Source of the DNA: Priapulus caudatus
Taxonomy: Eukaryota
DNA: 64,000 nucleotides
Assembly (NCBI RefSeq): GCF_000485595.1
Contig: NW_014577063.1
Coordinates: 330,046 to 394,045, forward strand
Reading direction: 5' to 3'
Positions within the stretch are counted from its first letter, which is position 1. Each line of letters starts with the position of its first letter. This document shows, piece by piece, positions 1 through 12,767 of this stretch. The translations under genes were made by a program, and so were the position numbers. The notes beneath the pieces are model-generated. The model searched no databases, had not been told where the DNA came from, and saw only the letters and a list, made by a program, of their open reading frames with translations.

Positions 1-51
1 ATATATAGTATATATAATAGTGACACTACTATTAGAGATCATTGACACCAC

Positions 52-222
52 TAGCTCCAAGAAACGGTCTTGCTAATCACTTTGTATTACAAGACCTTGT
101 ATTACAATCACAATACAGGCACTTTGTATTACAATCACAATACAGGCACTTTGTATTACAATCACGTTGCATACATTGTATCAATTAGTATAGACAATCA
201 GTTGCACAGGCTCGTCGGGCTA
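52..222 (+). repeat. Short interspersed repeat, copy 1 (inverted relative to 1255-1418)
   Basis: agctccaagaaacggtcttgctaatcactttgtattacaagacc...gacaatcagttgcacaggctcgtcgggcta matches the reverse complement of 1255-1418; internal cactttgta subrepeats. Confidence 0.75.
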
Positions 223-1254
223 TGACACCCCGAGAGAGCGGTGTCAAGAATATACATTTACGACGATCACATATATTTTACAAGTATAATATTCAAGTTT
301 ATTTTGTAACACTAAAACAGTCACTATCATTTTTATATTACATATCATTTGGTATGAAATAGTATATGTACTTCTACTGGACTCCTTGATCAAAATATAA
401 ACGATTGAATGATGATAATACGAAGAAGAAGGCGATGAAGGAAAAGACAAATAAGGAGGACGGGAAGGAGGAGAGAGGGAGGATGAAGTAGAAGATGAAA
501 AAAAAGGAGAAGTAGAAGAAGAAAAAGAAAAAGAAAATTGTGCTGAATTGCACACGTGAAGGTTGCATTCCGCGTTTTTTCACATCAATGACGACAATGA
601 TGACCATAGCATTTAGTAGAGGGCAGCACTGCGCATTACAGTGCAGAGGTTTTTAGAAATAGTATTGAGTACTGGAGGCGTACGACCATGTATACATGTA
701 GGACCTAGGTAACTAAGAATAGGGCCTGCATGTAGGTAGATGCGAGGACATTTTGTATAGTTCATACTTTATAGTACAAAGTCCGATAGATAGGAAAATG
801 AACATTATGTATACAGATGTTTGAGTTCCTATTCGACCGCCTTGTTGGTGATAAAGAGAGGTGAGCAAACTGCATGACTTGAAGTTGAACTTTGAGTTTC
901 AAGTTGAGTGTAGACTTATCGCAAACAAGTGTCCGTGTGCATGTCGTGGACAAATATTTTAGTAGATTTTGGTCCGCAGAAGTTGTCGGGCAAGTTACGT
1001 ACATAGCGTGCAAGTGAGGCTCAGTACCTGGTAGGTAGTAACTAAATTATATTTCATGGCTATTTATTTGTTATTGCATGGACGGTCACGGAGTTAGCAT
1101 AGGTATCGCAGTGCTGTTTGTGTCTTTAACCACTGACACCCGCAATCTAGCATCTACTTAGCTTCTACTAGTAACTATAGCCCGCGTACGGTTACTACGC
1201 CCGTAACTACGTGCCGTTACTAGAGCTAGCATCTACTACTACTGTCCTGACACG

Positions 1255-1418
1255 TAGCCCGACGAGGCTGTGCGACTGATTGTCGACAAAGTGTTTTGTA
1301 AATACAAAGTGTCATACAAAGTGTCATACAAAGTGTCATCAAAGTGTAAATACAAAGTGTCTTGTCTATACAAAGGTCTTGTAATACAAAGTGATTAGCA
1401 ATACCGTTTCTTGGAGCT
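1255..1418 (-). repeat. Short interspersed repeat, copy 2
   Basis: tagcccgacgaggctgtgcgactgattgtc...gtaatacaaagtgattagcaataccgtttcttggagct, reverse complement of 52-222 with a different number of tacaaagtg subrepeats. Confidence 0.75.
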
Positions 1419-1463
1419 TCTACTACTGCTGCTGCTGCTACTGCGCCGATTACTATTAGTATT

Positions 1464-1765
1464 GCTGAGAGGGTCTATGTCCTCTGGGGTACTGCCGGAA
1501 CGTACCCTGGGTACGGTCCGGTATACCGGAACGTACCCTGTTACTATCTAATATGCCGGACCGTACCTCGCCTACTTCACTAACGAGTCTAGGGAGTCGC
1601 CTATGCCTACTACCTAACCCTAACCCTAACTCTAACCCTAACCCTAACCCTAACCCTAATCCTAACCCTAACCATATCAAATAGTGACCAGGGTACGATC
1701 CGGTATACCGGACCGTACCCAGGGTACGTTCCGGCAGTACCCTGGGGGACATAGACCCTATGAGC
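1464..1765 (-). mobile_element. Non-autonomous TIR element (MITE) with internal (TAACCC)n tract and 9-bp TSD, Mutator-like
   Basis: About 60-bp TIRs (agggtctatgtcc..ggggtactgccggaacgtaccctgggtacggtccggtataccgga and its reverse complement); direct repeat ATTAGTATT at 1455-1463 and 1766-1774; the same family occurs at 16949, 19023 and 19833. Confidence 0.85.
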
Positions 1766-3519
1766 ATTAGTATTAGTTTATGCTGTCTTGGCATTGCCAT
1801 TGGCACCATATAACTAAACAGTAAACTAACTTCGTACTACACATATATGGCTAATTTAGAGATTAAATCATTAACCATGACACAATTAGTGAGTACGCCA
1901 AGTTATGTAGAGTGAATTGATTGATTGATTTATATCGATTGAAGTGATTTAGTCAATATAATATCTAAATTGTCAGTTTATTTGTTATGTGTCAATGCTT
2001 TAAGATTTCTTTATTTATTATAAAACTATGATAATAAATTTTCAATCTATTTATTCCTCATATCCGTGTTGTAGCGAAACTTAAAATTTACATTGAGATT
2101 CCTAAACTGCTGATTTCTCAGTTTCGCTGACCAGAATAATTAACATGCTAAAAATTGGCGCTTATTCAACTGCCTAACGTTGGTTATAAATTATAATTTA
2201 TATGATATGTCGTAAAACTTTATCAAATTACTTTGTTGGACTATCCAATTTCTTAGCTGAGATGTCAAATATCAAGAAAGAAAATAGATATTGACACCTA
2301 TAATTTTACATTTGCCATTCTAGAGATCCAATTTGTGCAACTCTGCTTTATACCTGCATGGTCAGTACTATGGGTTTGTCAGTTTTGTTCCAAAGTCAAA
2401 TTTTGGCGCAAGGTTTCAGGTTTGGGTATGACATCGTGGGATGTACAGTGCAGAATTCACATGCGATAAGATTTTGCTAATTTAGTATCCATCCCTTTTA
2501 TTTTAATGTTTATGTTTTAGATTATGTAGTCAGTTTGGGATTTTCAGGACATCCTTCAATTTTGCAGTTTATTAATTATAACGTTTATATGTTATAACTC
2601 GCTGATACATACATCTCCGTAAAAATAATGCAGAATATTTGTAACAAGATTTTTTTGCCTTTTGCCAAGTGATCTCAAAATGCAAAGCATGTGCTGTAGA
2701 ATCAGCAAATGTACAAAAACACAGGCATTACCCTACCAACTGCAAACAATTTCGCAGTGATCCTAAATTTTTTGTTGCATTTCTCAAAAAATGCCTTTTG
2801 TCTTAGGTGTTTCAATATACAGATTTCAATGAATCCTTGTATTTTTTCCTTTTAGAGGGAATCTTAGACTGGTACTTCACCCCACTATATAGGGGTGCTA
2901 ATGGGATTTGTATTGTGTATCTAAGGTTCTTCCTAGGAATTTTAGAAGGCATGTCGAGAAATCGGGCAATTTATCCCCAATTGAAAATTGGAGTTGTGTG
3001 TGTTGTAAGCGGTCCTAATACACAGGTAGTCTCGATTAGTTCGGGGAATACAGCATGACTGTTGGCATTGTCAAAAGTAAACACAACAGGAAATTAAGGC
3101 ATATTGTGGCAGGCCCTCTGATTTGACATATGCAGGAGTCTGTGTGATTCCCTGAAAATTCTGCTATACTAACTAGTTCGTTCCAGAGCACGGCCTCGCG
3201 GAATGTTTCAGTAAATGTTCAAAGAAAATTTGGCAGACGTGCAACCTCATGAATCTTCAAAATAAGCACATGCATTATTGTTAATATCTTTAGTTTTGAA
3301 CTTCAGACTGCGGACTTCCTCGTTTTGCTGCGGTGGACTCCCTTGTTCACAAGTTAATTTCTACCCCTGACGCTTCCTTTGAATTAGCTGCACTGAGCGT
3401 GCCTGTCTCGGGCAAGTGCTCTGATTCGTGACGCCATGCTCATTAAGCGGACGTGCCAGCAGGTTTTATTTACACTGGTCTCTAAGGCTTTTTCCTTCTT
3501 TACGCTAGCTGTATGAATA

Positions 3520-3753
3520 ATGGAGGATAGGCTGCAAACGGTAGGGGAGGAGCTGACTGCGATCAGGTACAGCCCCCACGGTGAGGTTGCGGTGCAGAGC
3601 CCACAGACTCCCACGCAGGTTGGCACTGTCACTGCTGCAAAGGCAAAGAAAATCTGCAAGGTGTGCGGCGACAGTGCGCTCGGCTACAACTTCAACGCAG
3701 TCACGTGCGAGTCGTGCAAGGCATTCTTCAGGAGAAATGCGCTCAAAGACCAG
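3520..3753 (+). CDS. Hr96: HR96-like coding exon 1 (N-terminus and first zinc finger)
   Basis: ATG at 3520, polypyrimidine-AG just upstream (about 3508) implies a 5' UTR intron; donor CAG|gttcgt at 3753/3754. Confidence 0.85.
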
Positions 3754-6700
3754 GTTCGTGTCGGTGCGGGCGCAAAACCAGTGCCATCTGATTTCTTACA
3801 CTGATTGCCACTGGTCCCACGAAAACCGTCGTAATACAAAATAATCAAGTCGGTCGTGACATGTTAAATGTTTAATTTCGTCCTACCATCAAAATTATGA
3901 TGACTCAGCCATTATTACAGATTTTCTGCCGTGGCCCATGTGATATGATATTGGAGGCAAAAAAGTCAAGTATGGCATAGTCACTTTGAAAAAAAAATTG
4001 CAAGACTCGTAGCGATCAGCCTAAGTTCGAATCATGACGTTCAGTGTTTACATACCATGTGCATGTAAAGTAGCATTCAGGGTTGAGGATCAAATGGCAA
4101 TTTTTAACAGCAGGCAGGCATTGCATAAGGTTTAATCAGAAATTTGAGGGTATCAGAGCAAGTTAGTGGAGGTACACTAAGATAAACATTTCCTATGAGC
4201 GAGGGGCACTGAGGCAATTTATTTTTTATCGACACTTTTTATGCGGAACAGAAGGATAGATACACTGTGGAAAATTTATGGGAAGGGCAGATGGACAAAC
4301 CCAACACAGCAGCCAGGGCATTTTGTGGACATCGGCCAATTTTAAAGGCACCATAGCAATTATTAGGAAGGAAGTCATCGCACTTGGCCTAAATGCTGTG
4401 GTGAAATTTGTACTACAGCTTGATGTTAAATTTATGAAATTAAACATGAAATAATCAACACTAGGTAACATTATACGTGATTATTTTAGTATTATCCTTT
4501 GGATTATATGGTAATACCCAGTAATATATAGGCATGGAATCTCACGCTGACATGGAAATAATATCAGGAGTAGATGAAGAGGAGTATGACTGGCTAAGAA
4601 CAAGAGAAATTCAACATATTTATACTCGTATTTACCTATGATTGATTTAGTGAAATCCAATAAAAATTACATCATCACTAGCGCTGAACATCCAAAATCT
4701 CATCACACTTTACTGTGTATCGATACCTCTTCTTATTATTATGTAGTTATAGCTTCGAATGTCANNNNNNNNNNCTTCCTACATGACGTTTAGGGTAGCG
4801 TACGTTGAATTCGACGGACTGAGTTACTATGTTAGCTTGTAGCCGGTCGGCCTTTGGTGTTATTTATGTACCATACAGCGAGTGCGTGCGTCGGGTATAC
4901 CCTCATGTTCTGGAGCTTGTTCGAGGTTGCAAATCCGGCGGAACCCGCAAACGAGAGCAAGTGGCTATTGTTTATATCGGCTGTAAGACGTATAGTCGCT
5001 TAGTTGGGTTTTATTGACTTTTTTTTTGGGGAAAAAAAAAAAACGCACGTCTGAGTTCGAAGCTATAACTACATAATAGAAGAGGGGTGGGATCGAGGTA
5101 CTGGTCAAGGGCTGGTGAGTGTGATGAGTTTTGAGAGGTGTTCCCCGCGCTAGGGTGGATGATGTGGATTTTTTTGGCATTGCGCTGAGGATCAATATGT
5201 GTAGGTAAAGTACAGGTATGAGAATGGTTGAATGTTTCTGATGTGTCTTATGCGGAGTATAGTTGCTTGGCTGGTCAGTCGACGTCTGTATATGTGGGGT
5301 TAGTTAATATATTATTAGGGTGTATGGCTGTTGTTGTATGTTATGTTATGTTGGTATATATACATATAGTTATATTGATTGTAATTACTTGATATGATGG
5401 AGGCCATGCGGCTGTAAAGATGAGGTTCTCTGATATTGTCTGCTTTGCTGTCTCCCTAAGCGTTTTGGGTTTTTTTAGTGGGGTAGGTATGGTAGTGATT
5501 TTGTGTTGTGGATGGCATTGATAGGTGTTTATAGTCTTTTATGGTTGTCACCTCGCATGCTTTGTTGGTTCATTCGGTAAAGTCTGGTAGATAGGTTCCC
5601 AATTTGGAGTATATGAAGCTTGGAGTGATGCTACATGTACGACTGGCTACGCTTCTGTTAGTAAGTTATTATAGTGTAATACTTGTTTATAGTCGACGTC
5701 GTATTGTTTGGGTCAAGTTACGTGTGCTTACTGACTGGAGTGTGCTTGATTGGTGGAATCCGTAATCTGGTAATCTGGCGCCAACGCTAAATTGGGTTGC
5801 CAGTCACCAATAGCCCTCGAGATTCGTTAGCACGCAGATGTCATTCAGTGTGTTTAGCAAGAATTGTTGTCCGGGATGGCATATAATACTTAACGACTAA
5901 TGAGCTAGTAGAATCAGAGAATGTCTCTTGGTGCTATTCTGCGTAAATTGAGGCCACAAGTAAATAATCGTGGGTGCTAATGATCGGTACTCCACAATGT
6001 CTTTCAATTTCAGACACAGGTGTATTCGTTTGACCAATATATCGTAAATACGCGTAGTGCCGTCTGCTTTCCATGTTTGTCTGTGGCCGTGGTTAGTCCG
6101 CGATCTCCCATAGCGTTGGCCCCCAACACGGCCTACTTCATTATCACGAGGGTCCGTGATTCGTACGTGGATTCCACGTTCATTACAATCAGAGCTACTG
6201 TTACGTATATACAGTTACGGTACTGTACTATCGTAGCATTGCGTACGGCCGAACGAAAATGCATGCGTGCGTGCGCGTTTTGCATGCGTGCGAAAATGTC
6301 GCGTGGACTATAAATCTGTATCACACCGCTTCGATTATTGCGGTTTTCGAAACTGATCAACAAGTCAGTCAACTGATTCGTGGACTGCGGATTTTCAATT
6401 AGACATTTCTTAGTAACAGCAGCTAATATTGGGACAAACTAATACGCGTTTGGCTATAAGGTAATGTATTATTAACTAACAAAGGTGCAGTTACTCTAGC
6501 ATTCGTTAAAATTGCATAATCGATGGGCCTATTATGCCTTTAACTATGAAAAATGTAAATTTAAAAAAAAATTTAAAAAAAAATATGGAACCCAAAATGT
6601 CAAAAAAAACTTGGGTCGCAGCTATTTTCCTGGGTCGGTCGGAGGACAGCAAACATATAATTTTTTAAGGATGTCCGTTTGTCCGACATCCGAAGACCGA

Positions 6701-8280
6701 CATTCACACAGTCCCTACGATTCTATCGTTAGACGCTCACCACATCTCTCTCCTCTCACCAGGACAAGTTCAAGTGCCCGTTTCAGGGCAGCTGCAAGGT
6801 CGACCTGGTGACGCGCCGCTTCTGCCAGAAATGCCGGCTCGACAAGTGCTTCATCGTCGGCATGAAGAAGGAGTGGATCATGACCGACGACGACAAGAAG
6901 GTCAAGCGCAAGAAGTCCGAGGAGAACCGTCACCGGCGGAAACGCGTCGCCTCCGGCGACGCCGTCGCCACCATCTCGAGCACCGTGCCGCACCTTCCCG
7001 CGTCGCCGCTGTCGCTAGGGGGCGCCGACGTGCTGCAGTACCTCCTGCATGGGAGCGCGGCGGCGCCGCCGGCGGGAGGGGGGCGACGGGCGGCCGCGTC
7101 GCCGCAAAACGTGCCCGGCATCCAGACGTTCATGCCGGCGGTGGCGCCCCCTGGCCCGACTTCGTACCTCGACGAGCTCAACTCGCCGCTCGTGCTGCCG
7201 ACTGAGTACCTGCACGGCTACGCGGCGGCCAACCCTGGGCCGCACTACCAGCCTGCGAACCCCAGCTACCAGCCGGGCGGCGACGGCCAGCAGGGGGTGT
7301 TCTACGACGGGGCGGTGTCGTCGCCGGCGACGGCGTCCGGCGACTACAAGATAACGTACGAGCCGACGGGGTCATACACGAACCTCGACAGCGTGCGGAC
7401 GACGAGCAGCAGCGGCGGCTCGCTGACGTCATCGCATGACGACGCGGGCAGCATCGGCACGCCCGCCACCCCCGTCGCGTCACCCCACGCTCCCGCCGCC
7501 GACGCCACCTACGGCACGCTGCACGCGCTCTCGCCGCCGCCGCCGCCGCACTCGCCCGTCGGCGGCGGAGGCTGCGTCGCCGCGGCAACGCTCGACGAGC
7601 ACGACGCGACGAAGGTCGAGGAGCTGCTCGCGGCGAATCGCATCATGCTCGCGCCGCCGGACTCCGACTGGAAGGTGGAGAGCAACACGCTGATCGACGT
7701 CATCAACCTGACGAACAGCGCCGTGCGGCGCATGATCAAGATGGCGAAGAAGATGGGCTGCTTCAAGTCGCTCGGCGAGGACGACCAGGTGGCGCTGCTC
7801 AAGGGCGGCTGCACTGAGCTGATGATCCTGCGCTCGGTGATGGCGTACGACTACGAGAAGGACTGCTGGCCGCTGCCGGACAACCCGCTGCGCCTCAACG
7901 TGCTCAAGGAGGCGAAGGGCAACCTGTACGAGGAGCACAAGAAGTACATCCACTCGTTCGAGCCGCACCTGCGCGCCGACGTCGTGCTCATGCTCATCAT
8001 CTCGGCGATCCGGCTCTTCTGTCCGACGCGGCCGAAGCTCGTCAACCGCGCGACCGTGCGCTGCGAGCAGGACTACTACTACGCGCTGCTGCAGCGCTAC
8101 CTCGAGACGAAGTACACGCGTGCCGATGCGCAGCTCTGCTACCGCCGGCTGCTCGACAAGCTCACCGCGCTGCACGACCTCAACGAGAACCACGTGCGCA
8201 TCTTCCTCGACGTCAACCCGAAGGACGTTGAGCCGCTTATCATCGAGCTCTTCGACCTGAAGCCGTCGACGGCGCACTGA
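3520..8280 (+). CDS. Hr96: Nuclear hormone receptor HR96-like (NR1J; DAF-12/NHR-8/HR96 group), join(3520..3753,6763..8280), 583 aa
   Basis: C4 zinc finger [29 protein letters not shown] with the NR1J-type P-box ESCKA; GT-AG phase-0 intron joins in frame to [43 protein letters not shown] signature [27 protein letters not shown]-2 VEPLIIELF. Confidence 0.9.
6240..6539. mobile_element. Partial copy (one end) of the TTAA/AGG Kolobok-like element
   Basis: Matches the right part of 43118-43786 (gcatgcgtgcgaaaatgtcgcgtg...ggacaaactaatacgcgtttggctataagg...gttactctagcattcg...cctttaa). Confidence 0.7.
6763..8280 (+). CDS. Hr96: HR96-like coding exon 2 (second zinc finger, hinge, entire ligand-binding domain)
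   Basis: Acceptor tctcctctcaccag at 6762; uninterrupted GC3-rich ORF to TGA at 8278-8280. Confidence 0.92.
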   Translation, partial: DKFKCPFQGSCKVDLVTRRFCQKCRLDKCFIVGMKKEWIMTDDDKKVKRKKSEENRHRRKRVASGDAVATISSTVPHLPASPLSLGGADVLQYLLHGSAAAPPAGGGRRAAASPQNVPGIQTFMPAVAPPGPTSYLDELNSPLVLPTEYLHGYAAANPGPHYQPANPSYQPGGDGQQGVFYDGAVSSPATASGDYKITYEPTGSYTNLDSVRTTSSSGGSLTSSHDDAGSIGTPATPVASPHAPAADATYGTLHALSPPPPPHSPVGGGGCVAAATLDEHDATKVEELLAANRIMLAPPDSDWKVESNTLIDVINLTNSAVRRMIKMAKKMGCFKSLGEDDQVALLKGGCTELMILRSVMAYDYEKDCWPLPDNPLRLNVLKEAKGNLYEEHKKYIHSFEPHLRADVVLMLIISAIRLFCPTRPKLVNRATVRCEQDYYYALLQRYLETKYTRADAQLCYRRLLDKLTALHDLNENHVRIFLDVNPKDVEPLIIELFDLKPSTAH

Positions 8281-10370
8281 CCGCGGTTGCCACGGCGATC
8301 GCGGTTGCTGCCGCTGGCTGTGGTGACTGTTGTCGCCGCCGACTTTGGCACGGTCGCTGTTGCTTTCCACGGTCACTGCGGTGATCGCTGCTGCCTCCGG
8401 CCATGATCTAAATGGCGACCGTTGCCGCCGCGGACTGCCTGCCGAACTACGACCAACCGTGATTACCATGGCAACCATTGCTACCGGCAATTGTCCGTTG
8501 GCCTTGAGCGTGGCGACCTTTGCTGCCTCCGACTGCCTGCTGAGTTAAGTTGCCATAGTGATTCTTGTATCGGTTTCCCACAAAACCGACGTTGTTCCTA
8601 GATGACCCGTGGGTGAAGCGCGTGTGTGATAAGGCTGGGAGATAGGTTGCTCGTGGCAGTGTGTCGAGATGCCACAGGATTTGGGTTACACTGCGATTAG
8701 TGGGTCTAACGCTGATGGTGAAAACACATTCGAGGGTTGCATCTGCGACTGTTTACTTACATCTATATGATTTATGTGTAATAGTCGGCATTCGTTTAAA
8801 TTGTATCCAATGGCACAGACTTGTATTCAGCAATGGTATTGTTACCTATTTCAAGTATCAACTCCGAAGTGTACATAACTCGTTTCGCTAGATGTGTTTA
8901 CGGTTGCGTAATTTTGTTATCTGAGTGTATTACCAGATCGATTGAAGAGGGAGTTAATATTGGGATTGTTCCCAGCATAGCGAAGGTCTTGTCACTGCCC
9001 AACATGTAATGCACACATCAAGCATCATCTTACATATATGCACGTGTGCAGGGTACCTAATACTCATTGATGGTGCCTTTTTAATGGTGAGCATCCATGC
9101 ACACGCATGCATGTGTGCCAATACCCCACTTAATGCCTGCACAATAAGTTACTACGTACTTTTACGTATGCCCGTGTGAGTGTGCCAATGTTCATTAATA
9201 GTGCTTGCTGCGACGTCATTTATTTGTGCATTCTGTCGAAAAATGGTCAGTGGCTCTAAATATTTGAAATTTCAATAGGGCCCTTTCTATGGGTTATGAA
9301 GCACCAATGTCTTATTCCCAAAGTAGTGGTATAGCAAGCAAATCTTTTTCTTTAATTAGAGGTCTTCAAATCAAGGAAACACGTTGCTAATTGCCATCCA
9401 ATGTTTGCCCTTATAGGGATATTATGCTTTGGAACGTCCCTCAGTGACACGGTCGCGGTTTAGACTTAGTGTGGAGAGCAATTAGAAAGCCAGGCTATGT
9501 TTTATTGAACTAGATGTGAAAATTCGATGCAGATTTCCTGGGAGTATTTCACCATCACGATAGCAACTGCACACTTGTACGCGTCATTGCGTATAGGGAG
9601 GAGGTATACGTAGTAGCGTGAACGTACCTATAACATAATAGAGATTCTTAAAGTGAATGTTCATGGTAATGGCAATGTTCATGTTAGTAGTGATGCAGGG
9701 GATCTTTGTAGCACTACTATCGTAACGATGTGACCTCGCTACACCGGCGTGCGTGCGTGCGTGCGAAGATGCCTGTCTGAATCTATAAGATCTGTCATAA
9801 GATCCCAAAGATATTTTCGAAGACGAAATGCCTAAAAATCGAATATATCGACATGCCTATCTGAATGTGTATCCCAAAGATATTTTCAAAGTCGAAACGT
9901 GATAAAAAGATGAGTTCAGGCCAAGAGTACCGGATCATAACAGACGGTGAGCCCGTGTCCGCAGCTGACGCGGCTGACTGATCACTCACTCACTACCTAA
10001 TAGCGGAGGCACCCAGCACCTCGGCGACTTGTTCGTGTCTTATGTACTAGTGTATACGTTTTCTACCTACGCAGGTCGTGTTTATGGGAATGACCTGGCA
10101 TCGCTGGGTAGGCCTATAGCTGCGCTCGCGTGGTGAGAACGCTAGCGCAGAGTGAGGAGTGTAGCGCGTGCACTTTAGTCCACGGAATGAAAAGTGATCT
10201 GTGATAAGAGATAAGAGTTTTATAGACGTTTGCGCAGTAATCAATGCCGCTACGTGCTTCGCGGGTGTGTGCACGGAGGAATGGGGCAGCGATCGCTGTC
10301 AGTGCCAGTCTAAACAAAATAAGGTGATCGAATACAGGTGATAGTAGGTGTAGAGGGGCTCATGGTTACG

Positions 10371-10476
10371 TGCGTGTTGTGTGTGCGCGCGCGTGTGTGT
10401 GCGTGCGCTCTTGCATGTGTGTGCGTGCGTTCTTTCGTGTATGTGCGTGAGTGCGTGCATTCCGTATGAGTGCATG

Positions 10477-10544
<68 letters not shown>
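10371..10544. repeat. (GT)n / (GTGC)n microsatellite
   Basis: Direct reading; similar tracts at about 11480, 12430, 12720, 14515, 15570, 24480, 30595, 35380 and 53545. Confidence 0.9.
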
Positions 10545-10545
<1 letters not shown>

Positions 10546-10598
10546 ATGATTTTCGACTCGGTAAGCTTGTCGGGACAAAACATACCATCGATAAGTTG

Positions 10599-10809
10599 CC
10601 TGGAGCCCGTTGTCTGAAACAAAATTAGTCTTAACATTAGTCTTAACAATAACATTTTCTCGTAGACCGTCGACAGCGCTTTGTTTCGTATTGTTATCAG
10701 GAAATCTGCTACGATTTTTCATTCAGGTAACTTCGCATCGTTTCTGTCGACGGTCTACGAGAAAAAGTTAATGTTAAGACTAATTTTGTTTCTGACAACG
10801 AGCTCCTGG
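10599..10809. mobile_element. Foldback/MITE-like element with about 65-bp inverted arms
   Basis: ggagcccgttgtctgaaacaaaattagtcttaacatta...ttttctcgtagaccgtcgacag pairs with ctgtcgacggtctacgagaaaaagttaatgttaagactaattttgtttctgacaacgagctcc. Confidence 0.7.
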
Positions 10810-12728
10810 AATCTATGTGTTTGGACGTGAAGCTCAAGTTAACCTGTTCTCGTAATATTACAGGTAAACGTCGGAGCATGTTAGAATGATGCAGGCCAGT
10901 AGGGTTCCTGCTTTGTACTTGTGTGTTCTTGTCCAGATAAACTGCAACTACGTCATAGTAACCGCGAAGGGGCAGCCACGCGCTAGCACCACGACCAAAA
11001 AATGATGGAATCTGTACAGCCTGTCAGTACTTACTATGTAGTGAGGACGGGTATGAGAGCAAAATCTATTTTTGTTTATATGCGTAATCGGTACCGTTAG
11101 TGAGAAAGATTGTTGTAGATTCTGTTCTTGGAATTAAAAAGTGACTATGTTGAACCATGGAAACGCAGCGGTTCATTGCTAAAGGTAGATTACCATGGTA
11201 ACACAATGAGGGCAGGCGTGAGTGCTCTGTCGCCGCGCGCACCATTTTGTTGTGAACTTGTTATGACGTTGTACATCAAGTGGCGCGTACCCCCCCCCCG
11301 CATTTTAACATGAGTTATTTTAGTTTTAACAGTTACTTTAATGTTTTTCGTATGAAATGAACAGTATTTCGGCTATATTTACGCCGTAAACGTGTGCAGA
11401 GAACTATTTTAGAACGTACGTGTAGAGTGTTTGCCTTCCGTATTAGCTTTCCAAAAGTATGGCTGCGTACATTAGGAGTGTGTGCGTGTGTGTGTGCGCG
11501 CGCGTGTTTGCATGTGTGCGTGCGTGCATGTGTGCGTGCTGGTAATGTCACTTGCACCTGAACTGCATTATTGGAGTTTTCTTGGTCTTAATCAACGACA
11601 TACGTGTGTGATGATAACGCCACTGGCATACAAAACACTTGTGCGCCTCTTCTCTAGAGGCCGATTCCCGATTTAGGGCAAGACAACCCACTGATTTCTT
11701 CCCCCCGAGTTTTACATGCATTGCGGCAGGACGGAATGCTTATCAGATATCTGCTACCTGCCTGACGGTGGCGTTCCTTTAAGTAGGTGGCAGCACCGCG
11801 ACCTTGCTGTTGACCGTGACCGATAGGTGCCCTGCCGAGCGTAAGTTGATGTGCCACGGGTGAGCGAAAACAACGGCGGTATGAAAAAAAATCAAGGCTA
11901 ATAATTCTGAGGTTGATTTTTTTAGGCTACGTTTATCAGACGCGTCTTCTCCCGTGATTCGTAACTATACGTAGCCACATAGAGAGGGAGAGTTGAGCTC
12001 TCACCGATGTAACACCAGCTTGTACTTCTTTCGAATTGTGGTCATAGTAGGTGATGTGCAGATTGTTATATGCAGGCGGCCCGCAGCAGTCTCTCAGAGC
12101 GCGCGTTGTATGTTCTAGCCGTGATCTGCGGTCTATGATCTGTTGATAGACCTATGATTCCGTTGCAGTACGCGTAGCTAATAGCATATTCTAGAGCCAA
12201 ATTCTAGCATATTCTAGCGTGAGTGGGATATTGTGATTATTATGATGTTTTATCTATATAAGAGGGGCTCTAGCTTATATGTGATATGCGCGTACAGCAC
12301 GTTTATGTGCATTGCTATCTCTATGTAATTAGGGTCCATCTAGTTTTGTTTCATTCACTAAAAGAGTACCTTCAAACTATGGTTAAGTGAAACTGGGTTC
12401 AATCATGTGCTATTACACCTATCGCGCGCGTGTGTGTGCGTGTGTGTGTGTGTGTGTGCGCGCGGGCGCGCGAGAGAGAGCGGGCAAGGCAGTAGGATCT
12501 GCACATGCATGTGTTGCACGCGCATCACGTAATGCGTTATGAGTGCTTACTAAAACGGGTGGCTGTACTAAAACGCACAACTACCACCACCACCAGCGTG
12601 TCGGCGTCGCTGCGCTGCATATCTCTATTTATTTAATTACGAAACTCGCCAAGTTGTCACCGATGTACGGATGATAAATTGGGCTAGGATTTTTTTAGGT
12701 CAGCCGAGCGCGTTTGTCGTGCGCGCGC

Positions 12729-12767
<39 letters not shown>

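Noticed and set aside
1456..1809. ORFs with LGLGLG or PNPNPN runs (also 16962, 18909, 19719, 61217)
   Set aside because: Translations of telomere-like repeats in non-coding elements
4370..5450. Large imperfect inverted repeat around the 10-N gap at 4765-4774
   Set aside because: The arms match only with dense indels and abut a gap; most likely the same DNA filled twice in opposite orientation from error-prone reads, so not counted as a biological hairpin
7480..8490. 336-aa antisense ORF and other overlapping ORFs across the nuclear receptor
   Set aside because: Shadow ORFs caused by the high GC3 codon bias of the sense gene; no recognisable motifs
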